64,000 nucleotides of DNA from Terriglobia bacterium (GTDB taxonomy: Bacteria; Acidobacteriota; Terriglobia; 20CM-2-55-15), in assembly GCA_965218085.1 (NCBI GenBank), contig CBDCKF010000002.1, positions 3,912,288-3,976,287 on the forward strand, given 5' to 3'. A model generated the notes under the pieces. It had not been told where the DNA came from. It was given only the letters and a program-made list of their open reading frames with translations, and made no database searches. Shown here in pieces: positions 1 to 9,946 of this stretch (position 1 is its first letter; each line of letters begins with the position of its first letter). Position numbers and translations under genes: made by a program.

Positions 1-573
1 AATGCACCACCTGTTCGCGATATCTCATCACGCAGTTCCTGTATTTCTTCCTGAAGTTTCTCAAAAACGGCATCGATCTCAGGCCAATCAAAACCCACAC
101 GGGCCACGCGGGAAGAAATCTTGTGTGCTTCGTGCAGTGCGGGAAGTTTCTGCGGAATCCCGTCAAGCAGTGCCGGCGGATCCCCAGAGGCGTCGGTGGC
201 CTTCTCCTGATTCTTGATGGCTTCCCATTTGTCCACTACCTCACGTGCACTGGTGGCTTCCTCATCCCCAAAGACGTGAGGGTGCCGCCGAATCAGCTTT
301 TCCGAAATGCCGTCGATGACATCACCAATGTGAAATCGACCCAGTTCTTCACCCATGCGCGCGTGGAAGACGACTTGCAAAAGAAGATCTCCGAGTTCTT
401 CGGCCAGACCGTGATAGTCCTCCGCATCGATCGCTTCGAGAACCTCATAGACCTCTTCAACAAGCATCGGTTTCAGAGACTTGAAATCCTGTTCGCGGTC
501 CCAGGGACAGCCTTCAGGCCCTCTCAACTTGGCCATAATCTGAACCAGTCCTTCAAACTTGCCGCCCGTCATC
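1..573 (-). CDS. mazG: Nucleoside triphosphate pyrophosphohydrolase MazG (start at 571-573, 3' end beyond window)
   Basis: Minus-strand translation MTGGKFEGLVQIMAKLRGPEGCPWDREQDF... contains MazG hallmarks RRHPHVFGD and EELGDLLLQV. Absent from the ORF track because it runs off the window edge. Confidence 0.85.
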
Positions 574-678
574 CTGCCTCCTCAGTAAAATTGGTTATTA
601 TAACGGGTTGGTATTGCAGCCTGCAGAGTGCAGCTCCTGGCCGGCTGGGGATCTAACCATCCCCGGAGCGTATTGTTG

Positions 679-1650
679 ATGAAAATTATTCATTCTTTAT
701 CCGAAGCGGATTCGTCCGTTCCGAGCGTCGTGACCGTGGGGAATTTCGACGGTGTCCATCGGGGCCACCAGGCGATATTGTCAGTGGTTTGTGAGCAAGC
801 CTCGGAACTGGGCGTTCAGTCCGCGGCCATCACTTTTGAACCGCACCCGCTCACCTGTCTCGCGCCGAACCGGGCTCCGACGCCGATTTCAACCCTTGAA
901 CAGAAGACGTGTCTTATCGAGGCGGCCGGCATCGATGTTTTCCTGATTCAGAAATTCACTGAAGAGTTCTCCCACTTGCTTGCCGAAGCCTTCATCGACC
1001 GTTACTTCGTTAGAGGATTGAACGCCCAGGCATTGTGCGTTGGCGACAATTTTCGCTTTGGACACCAGCACCGGGGCGATATCCACACACTGCGTGCTTC
1101 GAAACGCGACTTCGAAGTCGTCGAGGTACCCGCCGTCATCGTCGGAGACAGGCCCGTCAGCAGTTCACGCCTCAGAGGCCAGATCGAGGAAGGGCGTGTA
1201 CGGGAAGCGCGCCGCTTGCTCGGCCGCTGCTACGAGGTTCAGGGCGGGATCGTCAGCGGACTGGGCCGCGGTCGGAAGGTTACGGTACCCACACTCAACC
1301 TCGATCCCGACAACAAGCTCCTTCCGGCGGATGGTGTTTATCTGACCCGGATCGCGGTGGAGGACGAGGCCTGGGCCGACGCCCTGACCAATGTGGGAGT
1401 TCGCCCCACATTTTCAGAAACCGAGCGCATTGTCGAAACTCACCTGCTCAACCGGATTCCGCCGGAGGGTGCCGGGCGCGCGCGGCTCCGTTTTATTGCA
1501 CGGCTGCGCGACGAACAGAGATTTGAGAGCGCGGACGCCTTGCGCGAACAAATCGAATGTGACCGCTCCCATGCGGAAAAATTCTTTAGGCGCTTTGTGC
1601 GTGTCCGGCAGGGAGAAGCCCTGGAGTGCGCTCCACAGAATCCGGGATGA
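679..1650 (+). CDS. ribF: Bifunctional riboflavin kinase / FMN adenylyltransferase
   Basis: ORF 628..1650. The likely start is MKIIHSL at 679. VTVGNFDGVHRGHQ FAD-synthetase motif and a C-terminal riboflavin-kinase domain. Stops with TGA. Confidence 0.9.
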   Translation: MKIIHSLSEADSSVPSVVTVGNFDGVHRGHQAILSVVCEQASELGVQSAAITFEPHPLTCLAPNRAPTPISTLEQKTCLIEAAGIDVFLIQKFTEEFSHLLAEAFIDRYFVRGLNAQALCVGDNFRFGHQHRGDIHTLRASKRDFEVVEVPAVIVGDRPVSSSRLRGQIEEGRVREARRLLGRCYEVQGGIVSGLGRGRKVTVPTLNLDPDNKLLPADGVYLTRIAVEDEAWADALTNVGVRPTFSETERIVETHLLNRIPPEGAGRARLRFIARLRDEQRFESADALREQIECDRSHAEKFFRRFVRVRQGEALECAPQNPG

Positions 1651-1904
1651 GGGATGACATCGAGATCGAGGTGTTCTCCCGACCCGATTGCCACCTATGT
1701 GATATCGCGTTAGAAATCATCGCAAACCTTCAACAGCGCTATCCTCTGATGTTGAAGGTGACCAACGTTGAAACAGACCCGCAGCTTGAAGAAAAATACG
1801 GGAGCCAGGTGCCAGTGGTCTGCATTGGCAGGCACACAATGTTCAAATACCCGTTTAAGCCGGCGGAGTTGGAAAGCGAGATGAACCGATTGTGGAACCC
1901 GTAG
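1647..1904 (+). CDS. Glutaredoxin-like thioredoxin-fold protein (CxxC, DUF836-like)
   Basis: ATG overlaps the ribF TGA (ATGA). Short thioredoxin-fold protein with a CHLC redox motif. Confidence 0.55.
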   Translation: MRDDIEIEVFSRPDCHLCDIALEIIANLQQRYPLMLKVTNVETDPQLEEKYGSQVPVVCIGRHTMFKYPFKPAELESEMNRLWNP

Positions 1905-2608
1905 ACATCCTCACGATTGCCGCCCACTCCGATGATGTGGAGCTGACCAGCGGGGGTACGCTGCTCAAGATGGTGGATCAGGGTTACTCGATTGGAATCC
2001 TGGATTTGACCGAGGGCGAGATGGGAACGCGGGGTACGCCAGAAATCAGAGCTGAGGAAGCGGAAGCCGCCCGCTCGGTACTCGGCGCCCGCTTTCGGAC
2101 CCGAATGAACCTTGGGGATTCCCGGCTGACCGCCTCGATCGAAAACAGGATGGCTGTGGCACAGGAGATCCGGAACTGCCGCCCGAGGACTGTAATCCTG
2201 CCCTACTGGGAGGCCCGTCACCCCGATCACTACACCACGGCGACTTTGGGGTATGAGGCCTGTTACGCGGCTGGACTCAAGCAGGCGGATCTGGAGGGAG
2301 ATCCACACCGTCCCCACAAAATCCTGTATGCGACGATCTACTTTGATGTGAACCCGTCGTTTGCCGTCGATATCAGCCCGTACTTTGAGCGAAAGCTGGA
2401 AGCGATCAATTGTTTCGCCTCTCAATTCCATGGAGATATGACGGAGATCGAAAAGCTGTTCCCCGCCTGGGCCCGACTGATCGACCGCATTCGGACACAG
2501 TGCCGATTTTATGGGCACCAACTGGGTGTGGACTACGCTGAACCCTATGTAGTCAAAGAACTTGTGGCGATCGACGACGTCGTCGAGATGCCCGTGGCGT
2601 CGGTTTGA
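1892..2608 (+). CDS. bshB1: PIG-L/LmbE family N-acetylglucosaminyl deacetylase (bacillithiol BshB1-like)
   Basis: AHSDDVELTSGGTLLK ... EARHPDH motifs typical of the LmbE/BshB1 family. Confidence 0.7.
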   Translation: MEPVDILTIAAHSDDVELTSGGTLLKMVDQGYSIGILDLTEGEMGTRGTPEIRAEEAEAARSVLGARFRTRMNLGDSRLTASIENRMAVAQEIRNCRPRTVILPYWEARHPDHYTTATLGYEACYAAGLKQADLEGDPHRPHKILYATIYFDVNPSFAVDISPYFERKLEAINCFASQFHGDMTEIEKLFPAWARLIDRIRTQCRFYGHQLGVDYAEPYVVKELVAIDDVVEMPVASV

Positions 2609-2802
2609 ACGCGGTCTTGACGGAAATACTTCGGGAGGCTTTAAACCCGGAACCGGTAATCTGGTCTGCATTAATTATGAAATTCGAGTAGAAGAACATG
2701 ATTAAGCTTCTTCCAAACTTGAGTTTCCAACGTCCAAATACCTTGACACCGCCAAAGGCCGGTCATTACGATGAGTAAACCTGTTTCCTGGAGAACCGCA
2801 CC

Positions 2803-3894
2803 ATGATCGAAAAGCTGATCCGGTTGACGATGGCCGCAGTCTTCTTGGTCGTGACAACTGCCAATCCGGCGCTTGCTCAGGACAGACCCAAGAACGGGGA
2901 CATCGAGAACATTGGAAACCGCGACATCAATGACGGGTTCTTTAGTTGGAACTTCACCTCCCTTGAAAAGGAAATTGCTCTGGGGCGCGGTATGGCGGCC
3001 GAGCTGGAACGCCAGGTTCGCCTGGTTGACGATCCGGTAATCAACGAGTACGTCAATCGCGTCGGACAGAATCTGGTTCGCAACTCCGACGCCCAGGTGC
3101 CCTTCACATTCAAAGTCATCGAAGACGACACGATCAACGCGCTGGCTCTGCCCGGCGGATTCGTCTTCGTCAACACGGGCGTTATTTTGAGTGCCGATGA
3201 GGAGGCCGAATTGGCGGGTGTGCTGTCCCACGAGATTGCCCATGTTACGGCACGCCACGGCACCGAAAACCAGACCAAGGGCCAGATCATCAACTGGGCC
3301 ACGATCCCGTTGATCTTCCTCGGTGGTGTCGCTGGATTCGGCATTCGTCAGGCCGCGGGCTTCGCCATTCCGGCACAGTTCATGAAGTTCAACCGTAGCG
3401 CGGAAGAAGAAGCCGATTTTCTGGGGAGCCAGTACGCCTACAAGACTGGATATGATCCGAACGCCGCCGTGACATTCTTCGAAAAGATGCAGGCACGGGA
3501 GACGGCAAAACCCGGAACGATATCGTCGCTGTTTTCGTCGCATCCTCCCACGGAAGCCCGGATCGAAAAGACCCAGCGGAACATTGCACGGGTGTTGCCC
3601 GAGCGCGACCGGTATGTCCTGACGACGTCAGAATTTCTCGACGTCCAGCAGAAGCTGATCGATTACGAGAACCGGCGACCGGTTGATGAAGAGGACAATA
3701 GCCGCCCCAGCCTGAGACGGCGGACCTCGGCTTCCCCCGATAGTGGCGACGATAGGACTGAAGACGAAGAGATCATCACGAGTGGGGCGGAGGAGGACGA
3801 GCGGCCCCGACTGGAGCGCCGTGACAACGACGATCCCGATCGTGAACCGATCGAGGACGACCGCCCGGTCCTGAGACGACGTTCACGCGAATAA
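2803..3894 (+). CDS. Secreted M48-family zinc metallopeptidase (BepA/YfgC-like) with charged low-complexity C-terminal tail
   Basis: Signal peptide, HEIAH zinc motif, and a D/E/R-rich tail. Confidence 0.8.
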   Translation: MIEKLIRLTMAAVFLVVTTANPALAQDRPKNGDIENIGNRDINDGFFSWNFTSLEKEIALGRGMAAELERQVRLVDDPVINEYVNRVGQNLVRNSDAQVPFTFKVIEDDTINALALPGGFVFVNTGVILSADEEAELAGVLSHEIAHVTARHGTENQTKGQIINWATIPLIFLGGVAGFGIRQAAGFAIPAQFMKFNRSAEEEADFLGSQYAYKTGYDPNAAVTFFEKMQARETAKPGTISSLFSSHPPTEARIEKTQRNIARVLPERDRYVLTTSEFLDVQQKLIDYENRRPVDEEDNSRPSLRRRTSASPDSGDDRTEDEEIITSGAEEDERPRLERRDNDDPDREPIEDDRPVLRRRSRE

Positions 3895-3922
3895 ACGTAA
3901 GCCCAACGGAATAGAATTCGAA

Positions 3923-3950
3923 AAGGGTGGCCCACGCGGCCACCCTTTTC
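3923..3950 (+). terminator. Rho-independent terminator-like hairpin after M48 peptidase
   Basis: gggtggcc-cacgc-ggccaccc followed by ttttc. Confidence 0.45.
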
Positions 3951-4023
3951 TGGTGGGAGTTCCTCCTCGGGAATGGGTATTGATACCAAGACCATCCAGC
4001 GGGTATCATCTCCACTTGTCTAT

Positions 4024-4097
4024 GGGGTCGTAGTTCAGCTGGTTAGAACGCCGGCCTGTCACGCCGGAGGTCGCGAGTTCGAGTCTCGTCGGCCCCG
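4024..4097 (+). tRNA. tRNA-Asp (GTC)
   Basis: ggggtcgtagttcagctggttagaacgccggcctgtcacgccggaggtcgcgagttcgagtctcgtcggccccg. Cloverleaf with anticodon loop ctGTCac and T-loop ttcgagt. Confidence 0.9.
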
Positions 4098-4115
4098 TTT
4101 ATTTGCTGTAACTTA

Positions 4116-4142
4116 GCCGGGGGTGACGCCCCGGCTTTTTGT
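4116..4142 (+). terminator. Rho-independent terminator after tRNA-Asp
   Basis: gccgggggtgacgccccggc followed by ttttttg. Confidence 0.55.
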
Positions 4143-4181
4143 TCTTCGGGTGCAGGGTGCCATAGGGATGCCACCAATCTA

Positions 4182-4532
4182 ACGCTTGGCACGCGCGGCG
4201 ATACGCAGCCCTTCATCGCTTTGGCCAAGGCGCTCAAGGCGCGGGGTCACGATGTTGTGCTGGGCCCACCGGAGAACTTCGAGTCTTCGATCGAAGACCA
4301 TGGACTCGCGTATCTCTCCATCGGTGTCGATATGCGGACCTTCGTTCAGTCTCTCGAGGCGCGCAAAGTCATGCGCGGTGACGTTTTTGCCATGGCACGG
4401 ATGTGGTCGAGGGTCATTGTCGGGTTAACGCGAAGATCGCTGGAAGCCATTTGGGAGATATCGTGCGAGGGCTTGTTTGGAAGAAGAAATCGCGTCTGTG
4501 CGCGTCCATCGTCGATAAAGAGCGTGCAATGA
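4182..4532 (+). pseudogene. N-terminal fragment of a GT1/MGT-family glycosyltransferase (no start codon, truncated after ~115 codons)
   Basis: Translation TLGTRGDTQPFIALAKALKARGHDVVLGPPENFE... is a typical UDP-glycosyltransferase N-terminus. It begins directly after an in-frame TAA (4179-4181) and ends far short of the ~400 aa expected. Confidence 0.45.
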
Positions 4533-4615
4533 ACGTGGCTGAAGATATAGCATTGAAAGGAACAGGAGAAAATTAAGATCCCACACCACTAACGAACGTC
4601 GCCACGGAGTTTAAA

Positions 4616-6001
4616 ATGATCCCTTGCAAGCCCCGGTCATCGATTTTCGCTCGGAAAACGGCAGTGCTCACTATCTTTGCATTCTTGGCGACGATAGGAA
4701 TTTTCACCGCTGGCGGGAGCCCGCAGCGATTAGAGCGAACACAAACTTTTGGAACAGACCGCCTCCTATCCCTGGAGCAGCTGCCGCAACCGAATGGGGC
4801 GTTCTACCCTTCGGTTCCGGCCGGCGCATCCATAAACCTGTCGGCGGCGTTCGAGCAATCGGCGGTGCCAGCAGGCGAGGGGACGGCTTCCCGGGATCCG
4901 CTCCGGGTGATCCGCGATCCTTACCCCAGCTTCAGCTCGGTGGCTGTCGACATGGAGCGCGGTGAAGTGGTGGCGGGCGACGAGAACCTGTTCCAAGTCC
5001 TGGTGTACGACCGGCTTGCGAACACTCCGCCCCAGGCGACGCTGACCGAACCCGTGCGAGTGATTGCGGGTGATCAGACGGGACTCGAATTTGTTTGCGG
5101 CATGCACCTGGATCAGACCACAGGAGATGTTTACATAATTAACGCTGATACCGCGGCGCAGATGCAAGTGTTTACCCGCTCACAGGAGGGCAATGTGCCG
5201 CCCTCGCGAGTGCTGAACACCGGCCACCGGATCAGAGGACGCGGCATCGCCGTCGATTCGGACAACAATGAACTCTTCCTTGCCAGCCAGCACAACGCCG
5301 CGCTGGCGGTTTTCCGCCTCGATGCCGAGGAGAACGAGCTGCCGATCCGCCTGCTCCAGGGCGATCGAACACGACTGGCCAACCCTCATGGGATTGCTTT
5401 CGACAGCCAGAGTGGCCTGCTCTACGTCAGCAACCATGGGCAGGTATCGAGTCGGCCGGTGCGGGCGGAGGTGGAAGACCGGGACGAGGTGCAGCCGAAC
5501 GTCCCCCTGCCAAGAAGTATGGCGTTGCCGGGATCAGGCCGGTTCCAGCCGCCGTCGATCAACGTGTATCGCCGTACCGCCAGCGGCAACACACCGCCGC
5601 TACGCGTGATCGAAGGACCCAGGACGCAGTTGAATTGGCCTGCGGGCGTCGCGATCGACGAGCGCCGAGGCGAGCTGTATGTCGCCAACGACACCGGTAA
5701 TTCGGTGCTGGTGTTCCGCGCGGATGCATCGGGCGACGTGGCGCCTATTCGCGTAATCGAGGGACCCAACACTAAATTGGATGCCCCCGGGGGCGTGTTC
5801 CTGGATACCCGGAACAACGAACTTTGGGTCTCCAACTACGGGAATCACTCGCTGACCGTTTTCGCTCTCACAGCGGACGGCGACACCGCACCGCTCCGGC
5901 TGATCAGAAGCGGACCGGCCGACAGCCGGGCGCTGATGATCGGCAATCCGGGCGCTGTGGCCTATGACACAAGACGGGAAGAGATTCTGGTGCCCAACTG
6001 A
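4616..6001 (+). CDS. Secreted beta-propeller repeat protein (NHL/lactonase-like), part 1. Ends at in-frame TGA.
   Basis: Signal/TM N-terminus. Repeated ...VYVANDTGNSVLVFR... blades. Paralog of 8252..9466. Confidence 0.6.
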   Translation: MIPCKPRSSIFARKTAVLTIFAFLATIGIFTAGGSPQRLERTQTFGTDRLLSLEQLPQPNGAFYPSVPAGASINLSAAFEQSAVPAGEGTASRDPLRVIRDPYPSFSSVAVDMERGEVVAGDENLFQVLVYDRLANTPPQATLTEPVRVIAGDQTGLEFVCGMHLDQTTGDVYIINADTAAQMQVFTRSQEGNVPPSRVLNTGHRIRGRGIAVDSDNNELFLASQHNAALAVFRLDAEENELPIRLLQGDRTRLANPHGIAFDSQSGLLYVSNHGQVSSRPVRAEVEDRDEVQPNVPLPRSMALPGSGRFQPPSINVYRRTASGNTPPLRVIEGPRTQLNWPAGVAIDERRGELYVANDTGNSVLVFRADASGDVAPIRVIEGPNTKLDAPGGVFLDTRNNELWVSNYGNHSLTVFALTADGDTAPLRLIRSGPADSRALMIGNPGAVAYDTRREEILVPN

Positions 6002-6811
6002 GTCGCCCATCCGCAGATTGCGGTATTCGCCAGGCTGGCGGATGGCACAAATGGAATGACTCGGAGGATTGAAGGACAGCAGACTCTTTTGACCCGGACC
6101 ATGCACGCGATCCACTACAACGAAGTTCGTGACGAGATCGTGGCGCCAAATCAGTTCGCGCAGGCTATCCTGACCTTCCGCGCCTCGGCCGTTGGGGAGG
6201 AACCGCCGATCCGTGTCATACAGGGCGATCGCACCCAGCTGGAGGGATCGTCGGGCGTCGTGATCGACACCAAACACAACGAGATCATTACGGAGGGCAA
6301 AGTTTTCCCGATTGACGCGGACGGCAACGTCCCGCCGAGCCGAACGCTCGCGTACTCGGTGGATGCCGTCGACATGGACAACGATCTTTACATCGACGCG
6401 CGCGGAGGTAACGCAGGAACCCGGCTCATGATATACGACCGCAACTCCGACAGTGCCGAACCGCTGCGGGTCATCAGCGGACCGAGGACGATGTTGATCA
6501 ATCCGAGGAGGATTCGAGTCCACAATGGCTGGATCCTGGTCGCGCACGACGGAGTCCAGACTGACAATCCAAACAACCTGTCTTTTGTCGGGATCTGGAG
6601 CGTCAACGACGAAGGCAACGTGCCGCCTCGGTGGACTTATGGCGGACCCAACGAGATGCTCGATAAGCCCCGCGGTGTCGACGTGGACCCGCTGCATCAA
6701 ACAATCATCGTGACTGATAAGACGTTGAACGCTGTGTTGACGTACTATGCGCCGGAGATTTTCGGAGAACCCGGGACGGAGAGCCGGCGGCTTGAAGAGC
6801 CGGCGGATTGA
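6002..6811 (+). CDS. Beta-propeller repeat protein, part 2 (same frame, directly after the TGA). First ATG at 6056.
   Basis: VAHPQIAVFARLADG... conserved with the paralog 7403..8251 from the codon immediately after the TGA. Confidence 0.5.
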   Translation, partial: VAHPQIAVFARLADGTNGMTRRIEGQQTLLTRTMHAIHYNEVRDEIVAPNQFAQAILTFRASAVGEEPPIRVIQGDRTQLEGSSGVVIDTKHNEIITEGKVFPIDADGNVPPSRTLAYSVDAVDMDNDLYIDARGGNAGTRLMIYDRNSDSAEPLRVISGPRTMLINPRRIRVHNGWILVAHDGVQTDNPNNLSFVGIWSVNDEGNVPPRWTYGGPNEMLDKPRGVDVDPLHQTIIVTDKTLNAVLTYYAPEIFGEPGTESRRLEEPAD

Positions 6812-7402
6812 TCAGAGCAGGCCGGGGGCGAGTTGGCATTGGCTCCCGTGGAGGCTCTCTGGCAGGGCTTGAGCGATTGGTTGCGGCCATTCGGTGCCTT
6901 CAGCACATGCCCGCAAAATGAAGTGTCCGGTCCTCGAGGAGCCCCCCGACTGGATCAGGAGGCCGTCGAAACGGTTCGCTCGTACATCTCCACGTACCGC
7001 GTGACGATCGTCTCGTGACAGAATTCACGATGCGCGTGCCTGCGGCCCGCCCCATGCCCAAGCGCAGTTCCCTGTCGCCCAACAGAGCATTCACAGCACC
7101 CGTCATCGATGGGGTGTCGCCGACCTCGAAGGGAAATCCATCGGCGACTTAGTACACCACTTCGGGGACGCTTCCCAACCGCTTTGCGACCACGGGGACC
7201 TCTGAGGCCATGGCTTATTGCAACCCGTCCGAAGGCATCGAACGGCAGTTCTGCATCGTCGTGGTGGCAATGTTCCAGCAGCCTGTGGAAACAACCGTTC
7301 AACTCTGGTCGTGGCAACGGACCCCGCCGGTGGGCGCCCTCTGGTATGACTGCTGTTCCTCCAGTATCCGGATCCGCCCACCGGCTTAAGGAGAATCGGT
7401 TC

Positions 7403-8251
7403 TCAGAAGATCTCAGGTACTGAAAACACCAGAATGCCCTGATTGCGCATATCTGAGACGATCACTTCCTGATCGTCCGGGTTCAAGACCACTCCGAAAG
7501 GCTTCTTGAGCTGGGTTGTAGGGCCCACAGGGATTTTCCAAATCGGAGGAACATCCCCGTTATCATCGTAACTCCAGACGCCTATAAACGCTTCCTCCGG
7601 TTCCATTGCATCTTGAATCCCTGGCATCGCGGCAATGATCAGCCTCCGCTGGGGATAGGTCTGCATCTGGTTGATCCGGATAATTTCCGACTTCGGACCG
7701 CGGATAACAGCCCGTGGCGCTACGTTTCCTTCGTCCGTCCGGTTAAACACCAGGATTGCGCCTGTCTCTGAGTCACTTCGTCCTATGCTGGCCTCATAGG
7801 TTCCGAAGCTGCTCTGTGTTCCGACGACCAGAATATCGTTGATCGGATCCACGGCAAGCCCATGGAGTCTCCTCAACCCGGTGTCCGGACCCGTGAGCAC
7901 TCGAATCGGTGCAACGTCACCGTTGGCTTCGCGCGGATAGACCTTAATACTGTCGTTGGTGTAGGTGAAAATCTCATCGTGAATGTTGTCCACGTCTATC
8001 CGGCTGCCGATCTCACCGGTATTGGAGCCCTGGATAGTGCGAATAGGCGACTCCTGTCCATCGGCTCCTCCGGCGAACGTCAGTATGGCCTCTGAATATG
8101 GGACCGGTACAACGATTTCATCGTTGATCGCGTCGTAGCGTACGTCATGCATGGTGCGGGACAGCCTGCTGGCCTGTCCATAGAGTGTTCGGACCGGTGT
8201 TTCTCCTCCGTCCGCCAACCTGGCGAACATCGCAATCTGCGGATGCGCCAC
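7403..8251 (-). CDS. Beta-propeller repeat protein, part 2 (paralog of 6002..6811). GTG immediately after the TGA.
   Basis: (V)AHPQIAMFARLADGGETPVRTLYGQ... contiguous and in frame with 8252..9466. Confidence 0.5.
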   Translation of the reverse strand: MAHPQIAMFARLADGGETPVRTLYGQASRLSRTMHDVRYDAINDEIVVPVPYSEAILTFAGGADGQESPIRTIQGSNTGEIGSRIDVDNIHDEIFTYTNDSIKVYPREANGDVAPIRVLTGPDTGLRRLHGLAVDPINDILVVGTQSSFGTYEASIGRSDSETGAILVFNRTDEGNVAPRAVIRGPKSEIIRINQMQTYPQRRLIIAAMPGIQDAMEPEEAFIGVWSYDDNGDVPPIWKIPVGPTTQLKKPFGVVLNPDDQEVIVSDMRNQGILVFSVPEIF

Positions 8252-9466
8252 TCAGTTGGGCACCAGGATCTCTCCCCGTCTGCTGTCGTAGCCAACGGCT
8301 CCGGGATTGCCGATCATGAGGCTCTCCGTCCCTACTGGCGCTCCTCGAATCGTTCTAATGGGTTCGACATCCCCATTGGCCGTCACCGGGAAAACCGTCA
8401 CCGAGGGGGTGCCCATGCTCGCCACAAACAACTCGTCCAGTCGTTCATCCAGCGCAATACCAGGAGGATGTTGGATTCCGGTATTGGGTCCCGCGATGAC
8501 GCGGATCGGAGCCACATCGCCTTCGGCCGAGGCGTTGAATATCAGTATGGAGCTGTCGGCATCATTGGCCACAAACAGTTCCTGCCTTTCAACGTGCAGT
8601 GCCATGTGTGAAGGCCAATTCATCAACGTTCGAGGTCCTTCGATAGTCCGAAGAGGTGCCGTATTTCCTGAAGCGTTCAGGGGATACACGGTGATCGATG
8701 GCAGCTCAAAGCTGCCATAGGTTTCACCGGTCTCCGGATTCCGGTTTTGAGCATTGCCGAAATTGCTCACGTACATGAGATTGTTTGTCGTGTCCAGGGC
8801 AATCCCGTGCGGATCTTCCAGTTGCGTATCCGGCCCTTCGAGAGTCCGAAGTGGTTGTTCTTCACCTTCGGCCTGCTTGCGGAACACATGCACGTAACCG
8901 CTCTGATTCACGACGAACAACTCCTGCCGTTCTTCGTCCGCGGCAACGGAGAATCCCCGAATGCTTGCCAGGAACCGATCCGGCGCGACGTTGCCCCGGG
9001 CGTCTGTCGAAAAAACCGGCAGCCAGTCCTGGGTATCATTGTTGAGCACATAGATGTCCAGCGTCACCGGATCAATGTAGACCGCACACATCATTTCGGC
9101 TTTTGTGTTGGTTCCCGAAATGACGCGTCGGGGTTCTGTGAATCGGGCTTGAGGCGGCGTATTTTCGCGACTGTCATACTCCAGGATCTGAAACAAATTC
9201 TCGTCCGTGACCACCAGCATGTTGCTTTCGGAATTGACCGCCACGGCGCTGAACGCCGGATTCGGATCTCGGATGAAACGCAGCGGAGGTCGCTCAATCA
9301 CCACCGGCGTCCTGTCCTCCTGGCCCTGCACCGCCGTCACGGCCGCAGAGGCAACCCCGGAAATGTCGCCGCTATCGATTAGAACGACTTGAGCCACCCA
9401 GACGATCAATCCCGCTAAGACGAGCTGAAGTCGCCAACCTATCCTGTCGCGAAAAGTTTTGGCCAT
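8252..9466 (-). CDS. Secreted beta-propeller repeat protein, part 1 (paralog of 4616..6001). Ends at in-frame TGA.
   Basis: ~50% identical to the plus-strand copy, with the same EILVPN-TGA ending. Confidence 0.6.
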   Translation of the reverse strand: MAKTFRDRIGWRLQLVLAGLIVWVAQVVLIDSGDISGVASAAVTAVQGQEDRTPVVIERPPLRFIRDPNPAFSAVAVNSESNMLVVTDENLFQILEYDSRENTPPQARFTEPRRVISGTNTKAEMMCAVYIDPVTLDIYVLNNDTQDWLPVFSTDARGNVAPDRFLASIRGFSVAADEERQELFVVNQSGYVHVFRKQAEGEEQPLRTLEGPDTQLEDPHGIALDTTNNLMYVSNFGNAQNRNPETGETYGSFELPSITVYPLNASGNTAPLRTIEGPRTLMNWPSHMALHVERQELFVANDADSSILIFNASAEGDVAPIRVIAGPNTGIQHPPGIALDERLDELFVASMGTPSVTVFPVTANGDVEPIRTIRGAPVGTESLMIGNPGAVGYDSRRGEILVPN

Positions 9467-9740
9467 TGCTCAACCTCCAAATGGGAGAACCCCTATGTAC
9501 TTGAGTATTGGCGCGATTATCAGAGGGCCGACACCCGAAGTCAAGCGCACAGGCGAAATACGAAGCCTCTTGGCAGGGAAGAAGGTGCGGATATGTGATG
9601 ATTCCGGCACATCGCGCTAGGAGCATGGGATCGACGACATGAACCGAAGAGGCGTTCCGCCCTTGGCGGATAAGCGAAATAAGCAGGGGCGGACGATTAT
9701 GGCAGCGCTGTCAGTGTACGTCGTCAAAGTCATTCGCACA

Positions 9741-9781
9741 GATACGTCACTTGTCTAAAAAGATACGTCACTTGTCTAAAA
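9741..9781. repeat. Tandem direct repeat 2 x ~21 bp (gatacgtcacttgtctaaaaa) in an intergenic region
   Basis: Seen directly at 9741-9781. Confidence 0.6.
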
Positions 9782-9946
9782 GATGATTGTCAAGTTATAC
9801 CACTCCAGTCTTGAGGTTCTTGGTCCTGCGTCGACCGGTTGATCTGGCATCGTTTGTGAGGACCTGAGAGTTTTCTTGCGTATAAATTCCATCCGTAGTT
9901 ACATTTACCCAATTTTTAGCGGTTCGGTCCGCGACACATTAAAACA

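Noticed and set aside
2671-3543. 290-aa ORF antisense to the M48 peptidase, and 5600..6700 antisense to the beta-propeller gene
   Set aside because: Overlap confidently assigned genes on the opposite strand. No motifs.
5999-6001. Alternative genetic code (TGA as sense) to explain the in-frame TGAs
   Set aside because: TGA terminates well-conserved genes in the same window (ribF, IS110 transposase, cyclase), and GC content and codon usage are ordinary. Recoding, if any, must be local.
6008-6046. Hairpin immediately downstream of the plus-copy TGA as a bacterial SECIS
   Set aside because: The stem lies in amino-acid-conserved coding sequence. The minus-copy equivalent forms a weaker stem. It cannot be distinguished from coding constraint without more homologs, so it is retained only as a note inside the finding.
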